64,000 nucleotides of DNA. Source: an uncultured Acidimicrobiales bacterium (GTDB lineage Bacteria > Actinomycetota > Acidimicrobiia > Acidimicrobiales > SHLQ01). Shown piece by piece: positions 1 through 8,922 of this stretch. Made by a program: the position numbers and the translations under genes. The DNA lies in assembly GCA_938084885.1 (NCBI GenBank), contig CALKGG010000001.1, forward strand, positions 679-64,678, in the 5' to 3' direction. The first letter of the stretch is position 1. Every line of letters begins with the position of its first letter. The notes under the pieces are model-generated. The model was given only the letters and a program-made list of their open reading frames with translations, did no database searches and was not told the origin of the DNA.

Positions 1-1086
1 CAACGCCGAATCGACCCCGTCGCGCATGATGTCGAGTACGTTCTCGACGCCAGCCTGACCGTTCGCTGCAAGGCCCCACAGCGCGGCGCGTCCGAGCATC
101 ACTGCTCGGGCACCAAATGCCAAGGCCTTCACAACGTCGCTTCCCCGCCGAATTCCGCCATCGAGTACCACGTCGATGTCCCTACCAACGGCTTCGGCGA
201 TTGCTGGCAGCGCTCGAATCGTGGCCGGCGTTCCATCGATGTTGTTGCCGCCATGGTTCGACACCGAGATGGCGTCCATGCCGGCATCGACCGCACGCAG
301 CGCATCGTCGACTCGCATGACCCCCTTGATCATCATGGGGCCACCCCATTCCTCGCGAAGCCACGCAAGGTCCGACCACGATGGAGGCGGAGTCATCATC
401 CACTCGCCGTAGGCCTCGAAAAACGTGGGGATGTGGTCGGGGGAAACTGCCATGTTGGGCACCGTGAGATCCGGAAGCTGGCCAGCGCGCAACCAGTCGA
501 TCAACCAACGCGGGCGCACCAGCGTCTCGGGAGCATGTTTGAGCATCGTGCGAAGGTCGATCTTTTCGGGAATCGTTGGGCTGCCCCAGTCGCGGCTATG
601 GACGAAGGACCAGTCGAGGGTCACGATCGCTCCAACAGCGCCAGCGCTTCGAGCTCGATCCATCCGGATCGTCATGTCGTCGCGGCTTCCCGACCAATAC
701 AGTTGAATGAACGTCTTTGGATTCGCTGCCACGACCTCGTTAATGGGCTTGCTCCCAAACGAGCTCAAGCCCATTGCGGTTCCTCGGGCGGCAGCTGCGG
801 CCGCAGAGGCAACCTCAGCCAGCGGATGGACAGCTTGGACGCCGGTTGGCGAGATGAGCACAGGAATGTCGAGGTGTTGGCCCATCACCTCAACCGAGAG
901 GTCGCGGTGCGCCGACAGATCGGCGATTCGGGGAGCGAACTGCAGCTCGCTGAACGCGTCGCAATTGTCGGCGCGCGTCTGGCCACGCTCGGTCCCGGCA
1001 TGGAGTGCAGCGTGCACCGACTTGGGAAGGCGTTTCGCCGAACGTTGCTCGGCAACGGCAATCGATTCGAACCAGGTAGTACTCAT
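1..1086 (-). CDS. mftD: Mycofactocin-system FMN-dependent dehydrogenase MftD (alpha-hydroxyacid oxidase fold); 3' end lies beyond the left window edge
   Basis: Absent from the ORF track because it runs off the edge. My minus-strand translation from the ATG at 1086-1084 reads MSTTWFESIAVAEQRSAKRLP...GMDAISVSNHGGNNIDGTPATI...VVLDGGIRRGSDVVKALAFGARAVMLGRAALWGL with no stop down to position 1. The start overlaps the mftF stop (ATGA). It sits in the mft operon. Confidence 0.85.
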   Translation of the reverse strand, partial: MSTTWFESIAVAEQRSAKRLPKSVHAALHAGTERGQTRADNCDAFSELQFAPRIADLSAHRDLSVEVMGQHLDIPVLISPTGVQAVHPLAEVASAAAAAARGTAMGLSSFGSKPINEVVAANPKTFIQLYWSGSRDDMTIRMDRARSAGAVGAIVTLDWSFVHSRDWGSPTIPEKIDLRTMLKHAPETLVRPRWLIDWLRAGQLPDLTVPNMAVSPDHIPTFFEAYGEWMMTPPPSWSDLAWLREEWGGPMMIKGVMRVDDALRAVDAGMDAISVSNHGGNNIDGTPATIRALPAIAEAVGRDIDVVLDGGIRRGSDVVKALAFGARAVMLGRAALWGLAANGQAGVENVLDIMRDGVDSAL

Positions 1087-2492
1087 GGTCGTCCTTTCGG
1101 TTTCTTCAATGAGCCAGTGGGCTCGGCTGAAGCATTTTGGGATGGTGCTGGTTTCCAGCGGCGGGGGAGTACCGGGGTGAGATCTCGATGGTCAACGACC
1201 GACCTCCACACCCCAGATCCGTAGGCCACCTCGCTCAACCAATGTCGTACGGGATGTTGTTGGTCGTGCGTCAACGGAGCGGTGACGACGAGACCGAGCG
1301 TTGTCCATCGGCGCGAAGAAAAGCAGATCGACAGCAGCGCGAGCGGTGCGAAAAACTGTGTCACATAGGTGCTGAGAGCGAGCCAGGTTTGTTGGATCGA
1401 CCGTAACGCGAAGCTGGTTCGTACGTCGCGAGATGCGCCGGTCGGTGCAAGGCTGGAATGGGTCCTTGCGACCGTCATGGCGAGCGCTGCGAGGAAGAGT
1501 CGAGGCCACCTCGCCCAGGCAAAGAGACACGTAGCAACCGGAAAGGGCAATCCAACAAAGTGCACGATCTTCCCGGGGTGTCGTGCCGACAAGGGGGCCG
1601 CCGACGTGCCGTACGAGGCGCGCCGTGCCATGACCGCAGAGATCTCGGCCGGTTCGTGGTGTTCGACCGTGACTGTTGGATCGTAGCGAACAACCCACCC
1701 AGCGTCGACGAGTCGCCACACCAGGTCGACATCCTCGCCAACTCGGAGGTCCTCGTCAAAGACGCTGTTCTTGGACGCAATTGTTTCGAGAGCCTGACGT
1801 CGCACGAGGAGTGCCGCGGTTGGCACATGGCCAATACGGGTCAGCGGTGCGACTCGTCCGGGACGGTCGCCAAGATCAACCACGCCCGAACCGCCGTGCG
1901 CTGCCTCTACCCGCGGCGCAACAGCGCCGACCAACGGGTCGTCGAAGTGTGCGCCCAGCGAATCAACCCAGTCGCCGGTGACGACACAATCGCTATCGAT
2001 AAAGGCCACGAACTCCGAATCGACATGGTCGAGTCCGCTGTTGCGTGCAGCTGCGGGACCGCCGTTGCGCGGACGATGAATGACCTCTGCTCCGTGCGCA
2101 GCGCAGATATCTGCAATCGCAGAAGCATCGGCAGAACCGTCGTCGACGACAATGATTCGGTGTTGCGAACCCAGCGCATCGAGGCACCGGCGCAGCTCGT
2201 TCTGACGGCCGAACACTGGGATGATGACGGTGACATCTCGTTGGGTCGGAGTCCCTTGTGGGCGGGGGTGAGCCATGCCATAGCCAATGAGTGTTTGTGC
2301 GAGCACACGCGCCGATGGTGACAGTGGACGCTCGCCGCTTCGAATCTGGCACCATGCCTCAACGCCGGTCGAGGTAAGGCGCAGCACGCGGAACGGCGAC
2401 CCTCCAAGCAACGTGTGCTCACCAGCCTCGATCGTGTCGGCGTCGACCTCGATGTCGAACATGTCGGGAAGCGTTGTGGTGGTTGCGCTCAT
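1083..2492 (-). CDS. mftF: Mycofactocin-system glycosyltransferase MftF (GT2 family)
   Basis: 469-aa ORF. The GT2 core reads VTVIIPVFGRQNELRRCLDAL...VVDDGSADA...RNGGPAAARNSG...FIDSDC. Membrane-like C-terminal half. Translationally coupled to both neighbours inside the mft operon. Confidence 0.85.
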   Translation of the reverse strand: MSATTTTLPDMFDIEVDADTIEAGEHTLLGGSPFRVLRLTSTGVEAWCQIRSGERPLSPSARVLAQTLIGYGMAHPRPQGTPTQRDVTVIIPVFGRQNELRRCLDALGSQHRIIVVDDGSADASAIADICAAHGAEVIHRPRNGGPAAARNSGLDHVDSEFVAFIDSDCVVTGDWVDSLGAHFDDPLVGAVAPRVEAAHGGSGVVDLGDRPGRVAPLTRIGHVPTAALLVRRQALETIASKNSVFDEDLRVGEDVDLVWRLVDAGWVVRYDPTVTVEHHEPAEISAVMARRASYGTSAAPLSARHPGKIVHFVGLPFPVATCLFAWARWPRLFLAALAMTVARTHSSLAPTGASRDVRTSFALRSIQQTWLALSTYVTQFFAPLALLSICFSSRRWTTLGLVVTAPLTHDQQHPVRHWLSEVAYGSGVWRSVVDHRDLTPVLPRRWKPAPSQNASAEPTGSLKKPKGRP

Positions 2493-3292
2493 AGCGTCAT
2501 CCCGGCGTCGACGGGGACCACTGCACCGGTCATTGCACTGTGCGAATCACTCGCCAGAACAGTAATCATGTCGGCGATCTCTTCGGGCTCGATGAGTCGG
2601 CGCAGTGGTTGTTGGTCGGCAAATTCCGAAACGCCTCCGAGGTCGTAGAGCCGGGCACTCTCGAGAAGGATTGGGGTATTGGTCGACCCGGGGCTGACGG
2701 CGTTGGCCGTGATGCCGGTGTGTGCGAGTTCAACTGCAAGTGCTCGGATCAGGCCTTCGACCCCGGCTTTGGCGGCGCAATAGGCGGCGATCATCGGCAG
2801 GCCGCGCTGTGCGCCGGCCGAGCTAACCGCAACGAATCGTCCGGTGCGCGGAACCGGCCGTCGGAGCATGGACGGGATCGCGGCCCGAGCAAGGGCCAAC
2901 GTGCCGCCCAGGTTCACCTCGATCATGGCGTGTTCGGAGGCAACGGGGACTTCCCATTGTGGGGCTCCGCCGGCGATGGCTCCGGCGGCGGCGATTGCAA
3001 CGTCGACTCCGCCAAAGGTCCGTTCAGCCTCTGCTATTGCACGGTCGAGTGCCGCGGGATTGCGAACGTCGGCAACGAACGCCGCGACGTTGCCGGCGCC
3101 CGGTTGTGCTGCGGCGGTGGTGACCACGGCGTTGAGTTCGTCGAGTGTTCCGAGCGGGTAGGGCAATGCTGGGTCGTTCGCTGCAATATCGATTGCCATG
3201 ACCGCCCAGCCCTCGGCCGCGAGTCGGTGAACTGTCGCCGCGCCGATACCGCGCGCGGCTCCGGTCACCACGGCGACCCGCGGTGTGCTCAC
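2489..3292 (-). CDS. Short-chain dehydrogenase/reductase embedded in the mft operon (mycofactocin-coupled SDR type)
   Basis: TGAARGIGAA Rossmann motif and YCAAKAG (YxxxK) catalytic motif. 4-nt overlaps with mftE and mftF. Confidence 0.85.
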   Translation of the reverse strand: MSTPRVAVVTGAARGIGAATVHRLAAEGWAVMAIDIAANDPALPYPLGTLDELNAVVTTAAAQPGAGNVAAFVADVRNPAALDRAIAEAERTFGGVDVAIAAAGAIAGGAPQWEVPVASEHAMIEVNLGGTLALARAAIPSMLRRPVPRTGRFVAVSSAGAQRGLPMIAAYCAAKAGVEGLIRALAVELAHTGITANAVSPGSTNTPILLESARLYDLGGVSEFADQQPLRRLIEPEEIADMITVLASDSHSAMTGAVVPVDAGMTL

Positions 3293-3975
3293 TGCCCGGT
3301 TCCTTCGAGGATCGGGTCGATGAGCTCGAGGAGCTGCGCAGTCAACAACTCAAGAATCCGTTCGCCTGCCTCGACGTTTGCCGCGGTTGGATCGCCGAGA
3401 ATGCCGTTGGGACTGACAGCGCGCACCCCATTGCGTCGGAGATCATCTGCGAGTGCTCCGATCGGCGCAGTATTGCCGACGGTTGCGAGTTCGGGGGCGA
3501 CGTGACCGGGGTCGATAGCGAGCAGCATCGATGTCTCGACGAAGCCAGCATGTGCGTCGCCGTCGACCCTGGGGAAAAACGAAACGACACTGCGCGACTC
3601 AGCAGTGAGTGTCGACGTTGCCCGCGTAATGGCGGCGGCGTTCCCGCCGTGCCCGCACACGAACACCAGATGATCAAAGGAGTTCGAAGCTGAGCGGCCG
3701 AGTTCGATGAGAACCGTGGCCAGTGCATCGGTGCCGATCGACAGCGTCCCGGGGAAGTCTGCGTGCTCGCCGCTCGCGCCGTATGGCAACGCTGGGGCAA
3801 TGGTGACGCCATTGCGTGCTCGGCCGAGTCGACCGCAAAGCTCGATTGCAATGTCGGTGTCGGTCGAGAGCGGAAGGTGTGGGCCGTGTTGTTCGGTCGA
3901 GCCCAGTGGAACGACGAGGATCGTGGCCTTCAAGGTCTCGGCGTCGGGCCAACGAAGCGAGGCGAGCGTAGCCAT
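3289..3975 (-). CDS. mftE: Mycofactocin precursor peptide peptidase MftE (creatininase/amidohydrolase fold)
   Basis: ILVVPLGSTEQHGPHLPLSTDTDIA and FVCGHGGN motifs. The longest ORF (to 4044) would overlap mftC by 65 nt. I prefer the ATG at 3975 (MATLASLRWPD), 4 nt after the mftC stop; the start at 4023 is also possible. Confidence 0.8.
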   Translation of the reverse strand: MATLASLRWPDAETLKATILVVPLGSTEQHGPHLPLSTDTDIAIELCGRLGRARNGVTIAPALPYGASGEHADFPGTLSIGTDALATVLIELGRSASNSFDHLVFVCGHGGNAAAITRATSTLTAESRSVVSFFPRVDGDAHAGFVETSMLLAIDPGHVAPELATVGNTAPIGALADDLRRNGVRAVSPNGILGDPTAANVEAGERILELLTAQLLELIDPILEGTGQ

Positions 3976-3979
3976 CACA

Positions 3980-5233
3980 TCAGGCGTGCGCGTCTCGGGC
4001 GAAGCCAGCGAGCGGGCTTTCATCACAGGATCGTGACGGTGCAACGCGAGGTTCGGCTACTGCAGCGAGTGGAGGCTTGGCCGTGATCGACACCGGGGTG
4101 TAGGTCATGGCAGCCGCCGGTCGTGAGTGATCGAGCGACGGCCGCGGAGTCGTGGTCGAGTCGACGTTGCCGAGTAGGTCCTCTGCGTTTCCCTTGACAC
4201 ACTCGGGGTCGGGTCCATCGAGCGGTAGTCCAGTGAAGAACTTTGCCGCCATGCATCCGCCCCGGCAGCTGTCATAGGCCGAACACGATTCGCACGCGCC
4301 CCCGCTTTGGGGTTCGCGCAGCGACGTGAAGAGGTCGGACTCTTGCCAAACAGCGCGGAAGCCGCCGGCGTCCAGCACGTTGCCGGCAAGAAACTCGTCG
4401 TGGATCGTAAATGGACATGCGTAGACGTCGCCGATGGGATCGATCAGGCACACGACCCGTCCGGCGCCGCACAAGTTGAGGCCAGGCAATGCCTCGCCAT
4501 ACGCGTTGAGGTGAAAGAACGAGTCGCCGGTGAGGACCCGTTCGCCGTTGGCGACGAGCCAGTCGTACAGCTCGCGCTGTTGGTTGGCGGTTGGGTGGAG
4601 CTGGTCCCAGACGTCAGCTCCGCGTCCAGCGGGGCGAAGCCGTGTGATTCGTAGCTGCGCCGAATACTTCTGTGCCAACGCATCGAATGCGTCGAGTTGA
4701 TCGACGTTCTCTCGGGTCATGACCACCGAGATCTTGAACCCCTCGAATCCGGCCTCGGCCAGGTTCTCCATTGCGGTGATCGCCGTGTCGAACGAGCCGG
4801 GCCCGCGCACGGCGTCGTTAATCTCGCGAGTGGCGCCGTCGAGAGAGATCTGGACATCGATGTAGTCGCTTTCGGCGAGCTGCTTGGCGCGTTCGGCGTT
4901 GAGGTTGCTGCCGTTGGTCGAGAATTTCACGCCGACGCCGTTGTTGACGGCGTAGTCCACGATCTCCCAGAAGTCCGAGCGAATTGTGGGTTCTCCGCCG
5001 CCGATGTTCACGTAGAAGACGCCCATCGAGGCAAGCGTGTCGATCACGCCCTTGCACTGCTCGGTGGTGAGCTCACGAGGGTCGCGGCGCCCCGAACTCG
5101 ACAGGCAGTGAACGCACGCAAGATTGCACGAGTAGGTCAGCTCCCACGTCATGCAGATCGGGGCGTCGAGACCTTGCTCGAAATGATCGATGAGTGTGGG
5201 CGTTGTGTGGCGTTCGTCGGTAGATGTCGTCAT
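3980..5233 (-). CDS. mftC: Mycofactocin radical SAM maturase MftC
   Basis: CNLACVHC (CxxxCxxC) radical-SAM motif, a C-terminal SPASM-like Cys-rich region (CGAGRVVC...CPF...CESCSAYDSCRGGC), and its position directly after mftB. Confidence 0.95.
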   Translation of the reverse strand: MTTSTDERHTTPTLIDHFEQGLDAPICMTWELTYSCNLACVHCLSSSGRRDPRELTTEQCKGVIDTLASMGVFYVNIGGGEPTIRSDFWEIVDYAVNNGVGVKFSTNGSNLNAERAKQLAESDYIDVQISLDGATREINDAVRGPGSFDTAITAMENLAEAGFEGFKISVVMTRENVDQLDAFDALAQKYSAQLRITRLRPAGRGADVWDQLHPTANQQRELYDWLVANGERVLTGDSFFHLNAYGEALPGLNLCGAGRVVCLIDPIGDVYACPFTIHDEFLAGNVLDAGGFRAVWQESDLFTSLREPQSGGACESCSAYDSCRGGCMAAKFFTGLPLDGPDPECVKGNAEDLLGNVDSTTTPRPSLDHSRPAAAMTYTPVSITAKPPLAAVAEPRVAPSRSCDESPLAGFARDAHA

Positions 5234-5571
5234 GGGGTGTGGTCTTCTCGTTGGCGTTGGACGATCATGTTTGTGGTTGCCAGGGTCGATAGTGCTCGGC
5301 CGTGGGCGGGGTGGGCGGCTTCTGGAATTCCGGCGTTACTGAGCGCGAGTCGAGCTGTGGGACTCGCGGCCAGAAGCTCGAGGGCGGTACGCAGTTCGGG
5401 CGACTTCACAAACGACAGTCGTCGGTCGCCGTAGTGGTAGAGCAACGCGCCGAAGCGCTCAGGGCGAACCTGGACGTGTTCGTGGAGGTCCCAGCCCGTA
5501 TCGAAGGGAAAGGTCTCTGGTTGCTCGTGATTTGTGGATTCGTTGGCACTCGTCGTGCGTACAGCGGTCAT
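5230..5571 (-). CDS. mftB: Mycofactocin biosynthesis chaperone MftB (RRE-type peptide-binding protein)
   Basis: 113 aa containing VQVRPERFGALLYHYGDRRLSFVKSPEL. ATGA overlap with mftC. Lies 3 nt downstream of mftA. Confidence 0.85.
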   Translation of the reverse strand: MTAVRTTSANESTNHEQPETFPFDTGWDLHEHVQVRPERFGALLYHYGDRRLSFVKSPELRTALELLAASPTARLALSNAGIPEAAHPAHGRALSTLATTNMIVQRQREDHTP

Positions 5572-5574
5572 GGC

Positions 5575-5751
5575 CTAGTAGACGCCGCACATTCCGTCGA
5601 TCGAGACGTCTTCGACGAGCTCGGTCTCGGTCACGACGGTGCTACCCGCGGTGTCAGCGTCGCCGTCGGTTGTGGTCATGCTCGCCGAGTTGTGCTCGTC
5701 GGCATTGTCTTCGGTCGTCGAGTCTTGGTTGGTGTGATCGTTGGTGGTCAT
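5575..5751 (-). CDS. mftA: Mycofactocin precursor peptide MftA
   Basis: The ORF ends ...ELVEDVSIDGMCGVY, the hallmark IDGxCGVY C-terminus. AAGGAG lies 9 nt upstream of the ATG at 5751 (MTTNDHT..., 58 aa). The longest ORF starts at 5772. Confidence 0.9.
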   Translation of the reverse strand: MTTNDHTNQDSTTEDNADEHNSASMTTTDGDADTAGSTVVTETELVEDVSIDGMCGVY

Positions 5752-5776
5752 GGTCGTGTGCTCCTTGTGCATTCTC

Positions 5777-5816
5777 GATGGCGCCGTCCCTGCTGAAAGC
5801 GACGGTGGTCGCCATC
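5777..5816. promoter_or_regulatory. Imperfect inverted repeat in the mftA/mftR divergent intergenic region (candidate MftR operator or mftA 5'-UTR hairpin)
   Basis: GATGGCGCCGTC-N12-GACGGTGGTCGCCATC. The outer 7 bp and inner 3 bp of the arms are complementary. Located 26-65 nt upstream of the preferred mftA start. Confidence 0.35.
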
Positions 5817-5920
5817 AGGTGCGCTCGTCGGTGTTCGATGTAGGGTTCGCTCATGTCGAGACGGCCTGAGAACACAATAACGTCGTGGTGTGACATAAAT
5901 CAACCAGTCGACGTTCTGCG

Positions 5921-6556
5921 ATGCCTACGATGAGCGAACCGGTCGGCAAAAAGCCCGGAGAATCACGCCCCGCAACACGTGGTCGCCCACCGAGCACAAC
6001 GCCACGAGAACTCGAACTTATTGCGTTGAACCTCTTTGCCCAGAACGGGTTCGAAGAAACAACGGTCGACGACATTGCCGCGGCGGCGAACGTCACGAGC
6101 CGGACCTTCTTCCGATACTTCCCGAGCAAGGCCGACGTCTTGTGGCAAGGCTTTGACGATGAGATTGCGGCGATGCGCAATGCGCTCGAGTCGATCGATT
6201 CCGACGTTGGTCTCTTCGACGGCATCACGACGGCGGTGCTAACAGTCAATGACTACGGCCCGAACGACCTGCCCGAGCTTCGGACTCGCTTGCACCTCCT
6301 ATCGAACGAACCGGCCCTCCAAGCCCACGCGGCGCTGCGCTACGACGCATGGGCGCGGGCGATCAGTCATTTCGTGGGGCAGCGGACTAGTCAACCTGCA
6401 ACAGCGCTCTATCCGTTGGTCCTTGGCCGCGCCGTACTCGCCGCGTGTCAGGGTGCCTTCGACGTGTGGGCCGACGACGCTCAACGGGCGCAGTCCAATG
6501 GGCTCGTCACCCATCTCGACGCAGCGCTTCGCCTATTGCGGGCTGGTTTCGACTAG
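5921..6556 (+). CDS. mftR: TetR-family regulator divergent from mftA (MftR type)
   Basis: N-terminal HTH FAQNGFEETTVDDIAAAANVTSRTFFRYFPSK. Divergent to the mft operon. Confidence 0.8.
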   Translation: MPTMSEPVGKKPGESRPATRGRPPSTTPRELELIALNLFAQNGFEETTVDDIAAAANVTSRTFFRYFPSKADVLWQGFDDEIAAMRNALESIDSDVGLFDGITTAVLTVNDYGPNDLPELRTRLHLLSNEPALQAHAALRYDAWARAISHFVGQRTSQPATALYPLVLGRAVLAACQGAFDVWADDAQRAQSNGLVTHLDAALRLLRAGFD

Positions 6557-6560
6557 AGAT

Positions 6561-7013
6561 TTACTGCTCGTTCCTCGCGGGAATGTCCGTTGAAACGTTC
6601 CCGACGACGGCGGTGGCGGTGGCCCGGAAGACCGCAGCATCATGCTGATTTGTGGTTGTGATCTCGAGGTCGATCTCGGCGTGATCGACAGCTCGGTACG
6701 CCACGACCTCTGCGGTTGCGGTGAGAGTGTCGCCCGGCCATACCTGACTGAGAAATCGACCCCCGTAGGTTCGCAAGGATCCAGCGCCGAGCCAGTCGGT
6801 CAACATTCGTGAGGTGAGTGCCATCGTGAGCATGCCGTGGGCAAAGACCGATGGATAGCCGGCGACCTCGATGGCATAGACCTCGTCGGTATGAATGGGG
6901 CTGAAGTCGCCGCTCGCTCCCGCGTACATAACGATTTGGCTGCGGGTCAGGTTCTCGACGAGAACCTCGGTGTGGCTGTCGCCGATCGACCAGTCGGTGG
7001 TGTCTGCGCTCAC
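6561..7013 (-). CDS. MaoC-like (R)-specific enoyl-CoA hydratase, hotdog fold
   Basis: 150 aa with YAGASGDFSPIHTDEVYA...GYPSVFAHGMLT, a MaoC dehydratase signature. Confidence 0.85.
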   Translation of the reverse strand: MSADTTDWSIGDSHTEVLVENLTRSQIVMYAGASGDFSPIHTDEVYAIEVAGYPSVFAHGMLTMALTSRMLTDWLGAGSLRTYGGRFLSQVWPGDTLTATAEVVAYRAVDHAEIDLEITTTNQHDAAVFRATATAVVGNVSTDIPARNEQ

Positions 7014-7015
7014 GA

Positions 7016-7561
7016 TTACCTCTCGGCCTCGTCTGATTGGACTGCTTGTTCGGTGCGAACGCCGACCTCGCGAATCGTGAGGACTTTTTCGCCGTCACTG
7101 TCTCGATACGTGTGAATGCGTTCAGAGAAGCGCAGTGTTCCCGCTCGTCGGCTCTGCTTCTCCCACGATTTGCCCGCGGTAGTTTCGATCGAGAGGGTTT
7201 GGCCAGCGGTCATGGGTTGGTGGTATTCGAAATGCTGCTCGGCGTGCATTTCGGTTCCCCCCGACGCAATGACGGGCGGCGTTCCGCTCGGTGTTGCTCC
7301 CGAGCCAATCCACGGTTCCCCATGCACGGGTCGACCGGGGTAGGTCTCATCGAAGTGAGCCGATGCTTGGGCAAAGGTGGGTGGAGCCAGCACGTTGTCG
7401 AACCCCGCAGCCTCCGCGTGCTCGCGAGTTCGGTGCACTGGATTGGTGTCACCAATTGCTTGGGAGAAGAGGTGGATGTGGCCCGCCTCGACCGTAAATG
7501 TCTTCGTCGTCATGATCGAATCTGCCTCGCTGTTGTCTCTTCTGGTCGATTCTTCGGGCAC
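7016..7561 (-). CDS. MaoC/FAS1-like dehydratase N-terminal-type hotdog subunit (partner of the 6561-7013 product)
   Basis: 181 aa with AGHIHLFSQAIGDTNPVH. Its stop lies 2 nt upstream of the downstream MaoC gene's start, an arrangement like the HadAB/ChsH1-ChsH2 heteromeric hydratases. Confidence 0.75.
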   Translation of the reverse strand: MPEESTRRDNSEADSIMTTKTFTVEAGHIHLFSQAIGDTNPVHRTREHAEAAGFDNVLAPPTFAQASAHFDETYPGRPVHGEPWIGSGATPSGTPPVIASGGTEMHAEQHFEYHQPMTAGQTLSIETTAGKSWEKQSRRAGTLRFSERIHTYRDSDGEKVLTIREVGVRTEQAVQSDEAER

Positions 7562-7615
7562 GACCAGATGCGTCTGTCATCAGTTGCGTCTGCCATAAAG
7601 TAGTTCGGCCTGATA

Positions 7616-7627
7616 ATATTCGAATAT
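7616..7627. promoter_or_regulatory. Perfect 12-nt AT-rich palindrome ATATTCGAATAT overlapping the start codon of the acyl-CoA dehydrogenase gene
   Basis: Read directly: ...TGATAATATTCGAATATGAACG..., with the ATG at 7626. Confidence 0.4.
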
Positions 7628-8855
7628 GAACGAAAAGGACAATGCTGCTCTGAAAGAGAACGCCGCCACCGAAAGCCCGGACGCGGAGATGGTACGTGCG
7701 GCCGTCGAGGCCCTCCTCACCGACTACCCGGTCGATTCAACCACAACCGTCGAGTTCCTCGGCGCGCAGTTCGATCGAGGCCTGGCATGGGTGCACTTCG
7801 ACAATGGTCACGGCGGCCTCGGCGTCAACCCAAAGCTGCAACGCATCGTCACCGAAGCCGTGCGCGCCGCGGGCGGACCGTTCTGCATGCCGATCAATCC
7901 AATCGGCTACGGAATGTGTGGGCCAACAATTCACGCATGGGGAACCACCGAACAAAAAGACGCCTACCTCCGTCCGCTATTCACATGCGAGGAGATCTGG
8001 TGCCAGCTCTTTTCTGAACCTGGTGCTGGCTCCGACGTTGCCGGCCTATCCATGCGCGCCGTCGAGGATGGCGACGAATGGGTCGTCAACGGACAAAAGG
8101 TATGGACGACCTTGGGCCATGTCTCGCGTTATGGACTGCTGGTGACCCGCACCGATCCCAACGTTGTCAAACACGCCGGCCTGACCGCCTTTGTGGTTGA
8201 CATGGACCAGCCAACGGTCGACGTACGGCCGCTTCGCCAGATGACCGGCGAAGCAGAATTCAACGAGGTGTACTTCACCGACACCCGTGTCCCAGCAGAA
8301 AACATGTTGGGTGAACCCGGCGATGGGTGGCGCGTATCGGTCACGACACTGATGAACGAGCGGACGTCGCTCGGCGGCGGAACCCGGCGGCGTGGGTCAG
8401 GAACCATTGGCGATCTCCTGCAGGTCTGGTCAAAGCTGGCCGACTCCGAGCGCTCTCCAATCGCTCGAGATCGGGTGGCCAAGCTCTGGATCCGAGCTGA
8501 AGTGCACCGCCTGACCAACATGCGGGCAAGCCAAAACCGCAAGCTCGGCGAGCCCGGTCCCGAAGGTTCGATCGGCAAGCTTGAATCGGCGAACCTCAAC
8601 AAGGCAATCTACGAAGAGCTGATGACGCTGCTGGGTCCAGAGTCCATGCTGTACGGCAGCTACGAGATGACCCGCCCTGATACGGCAATGAGTGGAGGCC
8701 CGTGGCAGCAGCGCTTCTTGCGGTCACGAGCAAATTCGATCGAGGGCGGCACGACCGAGGTCATGTTGAACATCCTCGGCGAACGCGTGCTCGGTCTCCC
8801 CGGCGATGTGCGCGTGGACCGAAACATTCCGTGGTCCGAGGTGCCGCGTAACTAG
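7626..8855 (+). CDS. Acyl-CoA dehydrogenase
   Basis: 409 aa with WCQLFSEPGAGSDVAGL...DGDEWVVNGQKVWTT and a C-terminal IEGGTTEVMLNILGERVLGLP. Confidence 0.9.
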   Translation: MNEKDNAALKENAATESPDAEMVRAAVEALLTDYPVDSTTTVEFLGAQFDRGLAWVHFDNGHGGLGVNPKLQRIVTEAVRAAGGPFCMPINPIGYGMCGPTIHAWGTTEQKDAYLRPLFTCEEIWCQLFSEPGAGSDVAGLSMRAVEDGDEWVVNGQKVWTTLGHVSRYGLLVTRTDPNVVKHAGLTAFVVDMDQPTVDVRPLRQMTGEAEFNEVYFTDTRVPAENMLGEPGDGWRVSVTTLMNERTSLGGGTRRRGSGTIGDLLQVWSKLADSERSPIARDRVAKLWIRAEVHRLTNMRASQNRKLGEPGPEGSIGKLESANLNKAIYEELMTLLGPESMLYGSYEMTRPDTAMSGGPWQQRFLRSRANSIEGGTTEVMLNILGERVLGLPGDVRVDRNIPWSEVPRN

Positions 8856-8922
8856 CGGACCGCTGGCAACGCCCACGTTGGCACACCCAGGTGCGGGCCG
8901 GCCCGCCCGGCAGCGTCGGCGT

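Noticed and set aside
253-1224. Long plus-strand ORF (323 aa) and several others overlapping it at the left edge
   Set aside because: It is Arg/Gly/His-rich with no motifs and lies antisense to a clean MftD reading frame. This is a typical high-GC shadow ORF.
3976-4044. 65-nt overlap of the longest mftE ORF with mftC
   Set aside because: An in-frame ATG at 3975 lies just after the mftC stop and leaves a normal-length N-terminus before the PLGSTEQHGPHLP motif. The overlap is an artefact of taking the longest ORF.
8856-8922. GC-rich segment GCGGGCCGGCCCGC as an intrinsic terminator between convergent genes
   Set aside because: The stem is only 5 bp with a 4-nt loop and there is no U-tract, which is too weak to call.
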